Part shown: positions 36,638 through 48,045 of the stretch, in pieces
Numbering within the stretch: position 1 is the stretch's first letter
Layout of the letters: each line of letters starts with the position of its first letter
Assembly: GCA_010093815.1 (NCBI GenBank)
Contig: ML996577.1
From: Pseudovirgaria hyperparasitica
Taxonomy: Eukaryota
Reading direction: 5' to 3' (one strand)
DNA: 64,000 bases
The notes under the pieces: model-generated
The model's input: the letters and a program-made list of their open reading frames with translations, nothing else
What the model was told of the DNA's origin: nothing
Database searches by the model: none
Translations under genes and position numbers: made by a program

Positions 36638-39600
36638 TCAAAAGTAACCCATGTTGTTGCCCATGCCTCCCGCATTGCTGTTCATGTTACCGCCGTTCAT
36701 GCCGTACGAAGCAGCAGCACGCCCGAAGGATTGGTGCTGACTGTTCTGGAATCCAGGTTGGGTAGGATTGCCAATGCGCTGGGGGGACTGGTAGCCGTTT
36801 GCCAAGCCGACATATGGGTTCTGCGGGCTCTGGATGTTTGGATTATATGGGACTGCCTGAGATGCATGTGGCGAAGTCATTGGCGACGTCGCGAGCGATT
36901 GGGGATCGATCAGTGCGGGACCACTTCCTTGAGCAAGACGCGCTTCGCGGTCCTGGATTTTGGTCTGGATACGACGTCCGTACGGAGTCTGGCGGATTCC
37001 TGGAATAATTGGTCGCATTGCGTCAATCAATCGAATGCAAGTATCATTATCCGCGTAGTCCAACGCCGTTTGGATGACGTAATTGGCATACGGATCGCGC
37101 ATGACGCCTTCAAGCTCTCCAGGAAGAAGAATTTCGTCAATCATGACACGCTTTATCTCATGAGCAGCCACGCGGATGCATTTTTCGATGACATTCGAGC
37201 TAAACTTTTGCTTGGACAGTTCCACAACTCTGCCCATAAATTTTACGCAAAGTGGGTGCGTAAACTTCTGCTCAGCGAGGTCCACTAGTGATCCTTTTAG
37301 CAACTGCCGATGAATGAGGAACTCGGGACGAGAACTTACAAATGTATTGAACGACGTAATTGCCGAACGGATCCTGAACGAGTTTGATGCTTGACTCACT
37401 GATCTGATGGATCAGCATATTCTTCTGGTCTCCCGATGCATGGTCGATACATCTTTGCAAAACGCAACAGCCATGACGGTGAGTGCCGACTTCGACGCAA
37501 TTGTTGCCAACGGCACTGAAGATGAACTGGGCATCCTGAGGCTTAAGATGATTGAGACACTTCTGAATGACGTGATTGCCGTTGAGATCCTGGATCAACG
37601 CAACTACATTTGACTGCAGAGCCTCGATGATGGTAGAAATTTGCTCAGCGTTCAGGATGTACTCAATCATCTTCTGCAAAGCCCGAGTACCATGCTGATT
37701 GAGCGCAATTCCGACCATGGAAGGGGCGGCGTTCTTGATGAGCACAGTGCGCTGGTCATCTTTGGTATATTCAAGCAATTTCTGGCAGAGGTAGTTACCA
37801 AATGGGTCCGTCATGAGCTCAATGACTGCGTCTTTTGTCTCCTCAAAGATTGCCAAGGTGAAGTCTTCATTGCGTTCCTCGAGCTTCTTTTGAAGGAAAC
37901 GACATCCGTACTGATCTTTACAGAGGGCCAAGATTTCATTGCGCTGCGTGTCAAGGTCAAAATCTTGAAAACGATTCTGCTCCTGACCAGCCGTCCTGCG
38001 GGATTGAATTACACGGGGCTGACTGTCGTTGAACCGACCTCCAGCAGCGTAGGCTTGGTACGTCGGACCGTATTGCGTGTAAGGGTTTTGATACATCTGA
38101 GGAACGGCACCCTGCGCCCACTGGCCTTGCTGGGGAACAATTTGTTGGTTCATCATATTCATTCCATATCCACCGAAAAATGCTGGAGCTCCGTAAGGGC
38201 CCATCATGGCACTGTTCGGGGTTGCGTTGACCGCGGCAGGTGCATTCGTTGGCGAAGCTACACCAGAATTGAAGGGCGCAGCACTCGCATGGAGTGCAGA
38301 CTGACGAGTTACCGGACGCTGTTCTTCAGCTTGCGTAGTGGTAGCTGTCAAGTCTCTACTCTGACGATTGCTTGGGACACCTGTCGGGATACGACCAATG
38401 CTTGCATTATGGTTGTGGTAGTGGTTTTCAGCGTGCGAATTGGCCGTGCTAGGTGTGATTGCACCTTGGCCGCCATTGATGCCATTAGGGTTCTTGACTG
38501 TAGGAATATCGTTAGTGGAAAACGAAGATTGCAACTTTGGCATTGTAAACGAGCCGTTCTGTGCCGCATGGGCGGATGCTCTGTTTGACTGTCCGAATGG
38601 GCTGAACTTCAAATCCGAAGATCTCCTGCTGTTTCCAGGGCCAGCCATGTTTCTTGACGATGGCTCGGTGCGTTCTACAGGTGATGAAATGTTCAGATCT
38701 TCCAACTGCTGATGAAGATTGTTCATCGGGAGGCTTGACTGGGATTGGCGGTGACGAGATGCGAATGAGCTCCAACCGGTCTGTGACTGAGGTTCAGTAC
38801 TAGGCGATTGTTCTGTTGCAGAGTCTAGAGCAGAGTACTGCATCGTATTGTTATCTTCACGTCGAATGAGGATCGGAAAGTTATCCTTGTCGTTTGTCGT
38901 GTTCATGTGAAGGAAAGACCTACGATCCGGCGAAGCAACTGGAGTGTGATGATTGACAGGTTTGTCTTCTTGGTCGTCGAAAAGGAACTTTGTAGTGTCA
39001 ATGTGACCAAGAACAGATGCAAGATCTGGGAGCTCTGAGTTGACACGTTGAGATGTAAGATCGTAGCCGGTAACTGGCATAGATTTTCTATTCAAGCTAT
39101 TGTTCTTGTCAGTGTTGTGTTCAAGGCGGGTCACGCAAGGGTGATATTGCTTGAGCTTGCTATTGTCCGTGCACCCGTGTGCGTTGTATGGGCGACTACC
39201 CCTAACAACCGAAGGTAGCAAACTGGACGGCAATGTCTCCGGCACGCGACACAATAGCGGTGACGTGAACTCTCGATGCTCAGGCAACAGGTGAAGTCAG
39301 GCAGCCATTACGTGTTTTGGGTAAAGGCTCGTATAGGGGAGGGGAGGGGGTACGTACGCTGCAGCTGCTCTATGATTCACACTCGAAAGCTCGTAGTCAT
39401 CGTAATCATCCTCTTCCTCCTCATCGGAGTTTCGGCGGGAGCCAGGCATTGACTTCGAAGGTATATGAGAGATAGACTGGGAATGACCGTTATGAGAATG
39501 GGTGATCTGTGACCCAGATCTGCTTGGACGGTTCGAAAGGCCGGGAGGCGAGGCCAATGAAGTAATGCTTGCCGAGGAGTAGCGATTAGGCTTTGAGAAG

Positions 39601-40770
39601 GCATTCGGAAATCCACTGTCACGATACTCCGGTGGTGTTGTGGGCTCACTCTGTCGCCCTGGCATATTCCCACGAGTCAAATCGCTCGCTAAGCGATGCA
39701 TCTCGTCTTCTTCACGGCGGGCTTGACGGTCAAGTAGCTCCATTTCGGCCTCGAAGCGTCGGCGTTGCTCTCGAAGATATTCGTATTCGAGTTTCTTTTT
39801 CTCCAGCTGCAAATGATGAGTAGGTTAGTCTGACGTTGAATTGAAGCCTGCGGAAAGTTGACGAGATGGACTTGAGGTGAACAACGAAAAATAATGAGAG
39901 GAATCGTGCAGATGTTTGCGAAAGATATATGGCGATACGGTTCAAAGAATTACCAGGTAGCGACGACTGATTTGCAGACTGAATAGAACTGAGAAGACCT
40001 GTTAAGAAGGCTGAACTTATTGTCCTTTAGACTTCAGGTCAGGCGGAGGTCTCGTTTTGGATTCAGTTCGCAGTTGCCGGGTATTTGTTTGACAGAGAGG
40101 GTATGTGAAGTAAGGAAAGAATCAAAGGTTCTTAAAGACGCTTATTGTAATATGAGAAGAAGTGAAGATCCCCGGTATTGTTTCCTTCAAACCTCACGAG
40201 GTCTGATCTCGGTTGCTGAAGCAAGGGGGGCAAGATGTACCGTGACGTGTACTTCCTGATTGACTGAGCGTGACATAAGATACGGGATAATACTTACAAG
40301 TTGGACCTTGTGAAACGTCTGAATAAATTCACAGGTTAGCGAATTATTTTCAGAAAACTACAAATTGCAAGAGCTTTGGAAATTGAATACACATGGCCAC
40401 ACAACTAGGAGATCACCAGAGCATGATTCGCAAGAGGTACTCTAGTGAAGCGTGTCCCACAGGGTGCATCCAACGAAGGAATTTTTGTTCGACTTACGGC
40501 TGTGGTATAGTCTGGCTGTTCGGCCGCCTGACGTCTTTGCTGCCCGATTGGAGAAAGAGGAGAAAGAGTGGGCAATGTTGGGACAGTGTTCGTGGTGAAC
40601 CTCCTTTGTAAACTTCCTCGTGCGTCGTTGACGCCTGAGTTGTGATTCGACATTTGGCTTCCTATACTTCGAAGGGGGGAGGTAAGCGTAAAGGTTTCAT
40701 CGCGAGGAGACTGAGCACTGCGGTAGCGCATGTCGTCGTGGCGGTCGCTGATGCCTGCAGAGTAGGCCAT
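36638..40770 (-). CDS. PUF4: Pumilio/PUF RNA-binding protein, Puf4/Mpt5-type, 5 coding exons
   Basis: Exons 40770-40498, 40318-40298 (21-nt microexon TFHKVQL), 39806-39358, 39096-37340 and 37284-36638 join in frame. PUF repeats include CKDQYGCRFLQKKL, DPFGNYLCQKLL, NQHGTRALQKMI, DLNGNHVIQKCL, HRHGCCVLQRCI and QKFSSNVIEKCI. A likely 5'-UTR intron lies at 40915-40788. Confidence 0.9.
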
Positions 40771-43700
40771 ATTCGAAGTATCTGTACCTACAATGGGAGC
40801 GTTAGCACTCTGAGGGTCGGTGTCTTCTGAATTGTGTGGGGTTGTGTTGGCGGTGTGTGGGGAATTTAATGCGAGTTGGGTCGCAGTGACAAGGCCTCTG
40901 GAGCCGGGTACTTACAAGACTCACGGAATAAGAAGTGTACAAAGAAGTCGTAGAGTGATATGGGCCAGAGCCCGTGAAAGTCACAGATTGTGAGCAGTAG
41001 AAGTGGTGAGAAGAGTGCAGCAAAGAGGGAGCGTGTTCTTCAAACGCAGTGGGCGGGAGACTCGATGGATGGGCCCCTGGTAATGAGGCGCTTGCGCAAA
41101 TGGTCCCTGCGTCCAGCGATTCTGATGATCCGAGTCGGTCCAGGGCGGTAGGATGACGGCAGGCAAGGAACAAGGGCTTTGAACTACTAAACGAATACAA
41201 AGAAGGTCCGGGCCACAAAGTTGAATTTCGTACAAATACAGAGTATGTCTAGGTGTGTGTGGATATGTGGAAAGGATGGAGGAAGGGTTGGAGGAGAAGG
41301 AAGCAGTAGTAGTAAGTAACCTGTAAACGGCACTGCCTAGGTAGGTGGTAGGTGGTAGGGTAGGGCAGGGTAGCAGCAGTATTAGCCGTGAAAGTAGCTA
41401 TAACTAATCCCCTATTTTACGGTACAGTAGGGTAATTCCTCCGGGTCAATAACAGCTAGTGCTCCGCTGGCGACGGCGGCACCATCAGGCATTTCAAGGC
41501 CACCCACCCCCCAATCTAATACTGTACATACATAATAATACCAAAGCCGAGCTGCCTGCATCATGAACTAATACTAACTGTACAACGTTGTGCTTTTGTT
41601 GTCTTCTGCTACATCATCCTCCTCCTCATCCTGGCTCCTCTCCTATAGATACCTGCCTGCATACTGCATATACTGCGTCTGCATCTGCATGTGCCATCGA
41701 CTATTCTAACAAGCCACGTCTTCCCGGCTCCTTAGGCCAGCCAACTCTAATGAGCCATCTCTCTCACTCTCACACACTCTCTCCCTTATTCCATTCTTCA
41801 TCCTGCCTCCATAATTATATCTCCGGGAAGGTTTGTTCTGGAACGCACTATTGTCAACCACAGGCTACATCAAGAGTCACGCAACGTAACCCATGGGAGG
41901 GGCCGAGAGTAGACTCGAGAGGCTCGATGGTCTTTGTCTCTCTCCCTCTCTCTTTCTCTCACACACACACACTCTCTCTCTGCGGAGAATGCTCCACTGC
42001 GGGCACTGTCAATCATGATAATCTGCGGCGGCTGCGGTACATCAGCAAGGGGAATAGCAATGCTCCGATCCCTTCGCCGAAAGCGCTGATCAATTCGTCT
42101 CCCCAAGCTGTGCTGTCTAGGAGAGATCTGCTTGTGATTAGCGGAACACGGACGTCTGCGCCTTTGCCTCCGTAGCTACCGCACCATCCGCCAGTCATGT
42201 TTTAATTGAAGTCGCCATCACACTCGCCATCGCGGGGAACCACAACGTCAAACGAAGTGATGAGATGCAGCCGGGCGGGGCCGCGGCGCGAGCTACTGTT
42301 CCAGTGTAACAGCGCCTTCCTTGAACATTCTGCTCATTGGGGATTCATAACCGTTCCAAGAGGCCGTGGACAGGTGCGATTGCGATTTTAAACAACAGAA
42401 TCCTACTGTTCTCTGGCTACAGTCAAAACGCAAATATTGAATTAGGCTCTTGAATCCTCACTCCAGCCTGGCAGAGAATCTGTCATCGTCTAGTCTCTCA
42501 ATAGATTAGAGGCTTACTTCAGAGCTTAGCTGACTCGAGGACTCGATGGGAGAAAGACCGAATCACACTCCCAGACTGCTCACCGCTCCTTGTAGTACCA
42601 GCAAGTGCTACATCCACAGTCCCGACATGTTGCTGGCACTGGACAGGCACTGCTCGGCCCTGGAGCTTGCCCCTTTATAGTTAAACAGCGGCTTCGAAGT
42701 GGACCGGTGGTACTCGGTACGTAGCTGTTTCTTCCTTCTTCTTGTCGACTGCTCGACCTTGTAGCTTTTTTCCATCAGGGTCCTCTCCCAAGCATCCCAC
42801 TTTTCCCCACCCTTCACGGCCGACTAAGACGCTGGGGCTGGGGTTGGTCTGGCGCTGGGGCTGGTCTGGCGCTGACTTCCTCCAGGTGGCGGTTAATTAG
42901 CTTTCGAGATCATGCATCTTGTTCTAGTCCTTGTACTCGCATTCCCAGGAAAGAGTTGAAGTGTGACGCAGCCCAACTGCTGGGGAATGTAATAGTGTCT
43001 CATTGTCAGACCGTTAGGCCGCTGCCACCTCCTTGCATCTCGACGCAACTACCAGCATGTTAGCTGTCGCAGAGGGGACCCTCGCGTCGCGACAAGGCTG
43101 CCATGATACATCGCGAAGCATCACGACTTTAAGTACCAGGCAGGCTAGACTGCTTTGCCCCGAGTGTATTGATTTTCGAGAAGGCAGCGCGGCATGGAGC
43201 TGATGGCAGAGTCTTGTTGTTGTATTTCATGTGAGCCCAAGCCCCTCACGATCTTCGTGGCGGCTGTAGCTACTTCCGAAAATCGGGGGGCACTGTAGTG
43301 ATCTGCTGCGGTGGCTTGTTGCGCAGATATGTTACGTGTACCCGGTACTCGCAATTGATTTCTCTCGGATCTGTGGGAGCGAATTCTTTTGATGTGTGCA
43401 GCGCAGTACAAGCACCTGGCAAGTTTTGACAGATTGTGCCAGTGATATACCGAAAGCAATGATGATGCCACCAGTATCTTGGACTATCTCGGCCCCCCCT
43501 CACTCCGCGATGCTTGACGGCACGAGCTATCTACGAGCATGAACCCCGCCATCGTTAATTAGCTTTGAACGGAGCTCCCCCACCATGTTCGCCTTGATAT
43601 GTCGCCAGATATATCAGGCATCAACTCTTTAGCGGCCCGTAAAAAGTAAAAAGCTGTCTGGCTACGCTGCTTCAGCGCGCGTGCAATGTCAAGGTCGCTC

Positions 43701-43781
43701 AATGATTCACGCGTTTCCTGCTGACTATCAGTATCTGTGAGGGCCACAATTATCAACTCCTAGGCCTCCTCGAGCGCCGAT

Positions 43782-46700
43782 ATGCCTCCTAAGGCTAGGA
43801 AGGCTGCTTCAGCGAAGCCCTCCGGAGATGCTGAAGCTCCAGCAAAGGTACCATTTGACTCACACATTCGGTCTGAAGCCTTACTTATTACGCTCTAGAA
43901 ACCCGGGAGACCTTCTACAAAGACCAAGGCCGCATCCAGAGCGAAAGTGTCAAATGGAGCTTCAGCTTCAGATCCAGTCTCGACCGACGCTTCAGTCTCG
44001 ACTGACGGTCCAGCTGGTGCGCCAGCATGTATGACTGAGCCTGCAACTGTAGTCGTGGAGGACGAAGATGCGCCTGGCACATATAAGCCAGATCAATCGG
44101 GAGTACCACAGGAGCGCAAGCCTACACGGCGGAAGAAGCCTCAGCACCCATCCAAAGCAGACACATTCGACCCTATACTTGAGCCATTCTACTGCAATAA
44201 GTCTTTGACAGACCCTATCAATACTGCAGAAGACAAGTGGAATCTATTACCTGCTTTTCTCAAGGTCAAAGGACTTGTGAAACAGCATATCGACTCGTAC
44301 AACTTCTTTGTCGATACAGAGCTTCAAAAGATTGTAGATGCAAACAGATACGTCTTTAGCGACGTGAACGAGAAGTTCTTTCTCAGGTTCACTCGTATAA
44401 GGGTTGGATCTCCAAATCGCCCAGAGGAAGATGAAACCCCATCTCTCAAGTCAACTGTGACTCCAAATGAATGTCGTCTACGAGACATGACCTACTCTGC
44501 TCCCATTTTCGTTGATATGGAATACCGGAAAGAAAATAGAATTGTCCGACGAACAGGCACGCAAGTCGGTCGGATGCCAATCATGTTGAAGAGCAGTAAA
44601 TGCGTTCTCAATGGCAAGACAGACAAAGAAATGTCCAAGTTACGAGAGTGTTCTGTTGATCCTGGAGGTTACTTTATTGTTCGGGGTCAGGAGAAGGTCA
44701 TACTGGTACAAGAGCAGCTGAGCAAGAATCGTGTCATTGTTGAAACTGCGAAGGGTATAGTTCAGGCTTCAGTCACCAGGTAAGTTCCTTCGGCAACACG
44801 AAAACATGTTTCGACAAGCTAACAGTCTACAGTTCAACCCATGAACGCAAATCGAAGACATATGTGTTACTCAAAAAGGGCTGTATCTACCTCAAGCACA
44901 ACGTCCTCAACGAAGATGTACCGATCGTGATCGTCCTTCGAGCGATGGGTGTCCAGACTGATAAAGAGATTCTCTTGTTGGTTGCTGGGGCGGACAATTT
45001 ATATCAAGACGAGTTCACAATAAATTTCGAGATATGCCAGCGAGAGAGCGTTTTTACACAACAGCAAGCCCTCGAGTACATCGGTGCACGAGTACGAAGC
45101 ATGAGACGGGGATTTGGACCACCGCAAAAGCGCAATTACATGCATGAGGCCATAGAGTGTCTATCATCCGTCGTGATCACTCACGTTCCGGTCACAGGAC
45201 TGAACTTCAAGCCAAAAGCCTTATATGTGGCATTTATGGTTCGCCGAGTGCTTATGGCCATGCATGATCCTTCTCTGGTCGATGATCGGGACTATGTGGG
45301 AAATAAGCGTCTTGAACTTGCCGGACAGATGCTATCTCTACTGTTCGAAGATCATTTCAAAAAATTCACGACTGATCTGAAGTTCGCTTTTGACAAAGTC
45401 TTCAAACGCGCATCTAGGACCGATTTCGATGCCCATTCTCACATGGGTATGTTTGCCCACCATATCACCTCTGGTATGGAGCGAGCCATGGCGACTGGCA
45501 ACTGGAGCCTGAAGCGATTCAAGATGGAACGGGCTGGAGTCACCCACTTGCTCAGCCGCCTAAGTTATATTAGTGCTTTGGGTATGATGACCCGCATATC
45601 AAGTCAGTTTGAGAAGACTAGGAAAGTGTCTGGACCTCGTGCGCTTCAGCCATCGCAATTCGGTATGTTGTGTCCCTCTGACACCCCCGAAGGAGAGGCT
45701 TGTGGCCTAGTCAAGAACTTGGCACTCATGACCCATATCACCACCGATGACGATGAAGAGCCTGTTCGTCAGCTAGTCTATATCCTAGGAGCTGAGGACA
45801 TCATTTCTGCGAGTGGCAGCGAAATATACGGAGATGGCGCTTATATCATCTTTATCAATGGAACACCCATCGCATTAACGCGAGAACCCAAGAGATTCCT
45901 CAACGGCTTCCGCAGATTTCGACGTATGGGCCGGATATCAGAATTCGTGAGCATCCATATCAACCACCATCATAATGGAGTCCACATTGCCACTGACGAA
46001 GGACGAATCTGTCGTCCTCTAATTATTGTTGAGCGAGGACACTCTAAGGTCACTGTACGGTACCTGAAAGCTCTTCGTAAAGGGACTATGGACTTTGATG
46101 ACTTCCTGTCACGGGGACTAGTTGAGTACCTTGACGTTAACGAAGAAAACGACTCCAACATTGCCCTCTACGAAACAGACATCAACGAACACACTACCCA
46201 TCTTGAAATTGAACCTTTTACTATTCTCGGCGCTGTCGCTGGTCTCATTCCGTACCCTCACCACAACCAGTCTCCCAGAAACACGTATCAATGCGCCATG
46301 GGGAAGCAAGCCATCGGTGCTATCGCCTACAACCAATTCACCCGTATCGACACCCTCCTCTATCTCATGGTGTATCCGCAGAAGCCCATGGTCAAAACAC
46401 GTACCATCGAATTGATTAAATACGACAAGCTCCCGGCCGGCCAAAATGCGACTGTCGCCGTCATGTCCTACTCAGGCTATGACATCGAAGATGCTCTTGT
46501 CCTCAACAAGGCCTCCTGCGACCGTGGTTTTGGCCGCTGCCAGGTTTTTAAGAAGATTTCCACGACCCTACGTACCTATGCATCCGGCCTCGCAGACCGC
46601 ATTAATGGTGCAGCCGTCGACCGCAATAATCCACGACACACCCAGCTTGGTGTCGACGGCCTCGTCGAAGTCGGCGTACCGCTCGCACGCGACAACACCT

Positions 46701-47632
46701 ACATGCTCAAAGAGACACCCACCCGCACAACATCGTCCTTCGAGAAACCCGACTCAACTGCAGTCACTGAGTTCAAGACTACTCCCATGAACTATCGCCT
46801 CCCAGATCCATGCTACATTGACAAACTCATGATCACAGCCTCTGACCAAGACACCCCCATCATCAAGATCCAAACGCGGCAAACGCGACGTCCTGAACTC
46901 GGCGACAAGTTCTCCTCCCGCCACGGACAGAAGGGCGTCGTCGGACTCATCGCCGAACACGCAGACATGCCATTCTCCGATGCCGGCATCGTGCCCGACG
47001 TCATCATGAACCCGCACGGTTTCCCGTCGCGCATGACAGTCGGCAAAATGCTCGAGCTGCTCTCCGGCAAAGCAGGCGTGCTCAACGGCACCCTCGAATT
47101 CGGAACCGCCTTTGGCGGCAGCGACCACAGACTCATGTCCGACCTGCTCGTCAAGCACGGCTTCAGCTACTCCGGCAAGGACTACCTCACCAGCGGCATC
47201 ACCGGCGAACCCCTCCCCGCATACGTCTTCTTCGGCCCCATCTACTACCAGAAACTCAAGCACATGGTGCAGGACAAGATGCACTCGCGCGCCCGTGGCC
47301 CGCGTGCTATCCTCACTCGCCAACCTACCGAGGGTCGCTCGCGCGATGGTGGCTTGCGCCTGGGTGAGATGGAGCGCGACTGTCTGATTGCGTATGGTGC
47401 CAGTCAGTTGCTGCTGGAGCGACTGATGCTGAGTAGCGATGCGCATGAGTGTGATGTCTGCGAGGGCTGCGGCATGATGGGCTATCAGGGCTGGTGTGGC
47501 GTGTGCAAGAGCCGCAAGGGCGTCGTGCGTTTGACGATTCCGTATGCGGCAAAGTTGCTGATGCAGGAGCTGTTGAGTATGAATGTGAAGGCTGGGTTTG
47601 GGTTGGGCGAGGAGTTTCCTAGGGGAGAGTGA
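43782..47632 (+). CDS. RPC2: DNA-directed RNA polymerase III second-largest subunit, 3 exons
   Basis: Exons 43782-43847, 43899-44779 and 44833-47632. [24 protein letters not shown] and [22 protein letters not shown] are Pol III-type. Also [41 protein letters not shown] and a C-terminal Zn ribbon. Confidence 0.98.
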
Positions 47633-48045
47633 AGATTAAAATTGGGAGAGGGGGTGGAGGGGGTGGAAATGATGTAAAAGCATAGCGCGTTGGGGTGCAT
47701 GGGAAGGTGTTTTGGGTGTGTGTGCATAAGGAGAAAAGATGTTACAGCATTTGCACATTGCATGGAAATGTAATTATTATAACCTATCTTGATTCTACGA
47801 CCAAAGTGTTTTCCGGTGCCTTCACCGTTTTCAATTTTCGCTGTGATTATCATACACACCACGCGCCGATTCGAGTAGACAGACCCTCGATGCGCCAGGA
47901 CACACCAAAGAACCGAAAAAGACCTGTGCTTCTTCGGGTCAGACTTTCTCTCGCAAGATTCCCAATCCAAGCCAACTTTCACTTTCTCCTATTATACACA
48001 CACACCTTTCCTGCTTATCCCAACAGCCGGGGAAAAGAAACAGTC

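Noticed and set aside
37641..38588. 315-aa plus-strand ORF, and similar antisense ORFs such as 29476-30123 and 46754-47446
   Set aside because: Shadow ORFs opposite real genes, explained by codon bias.
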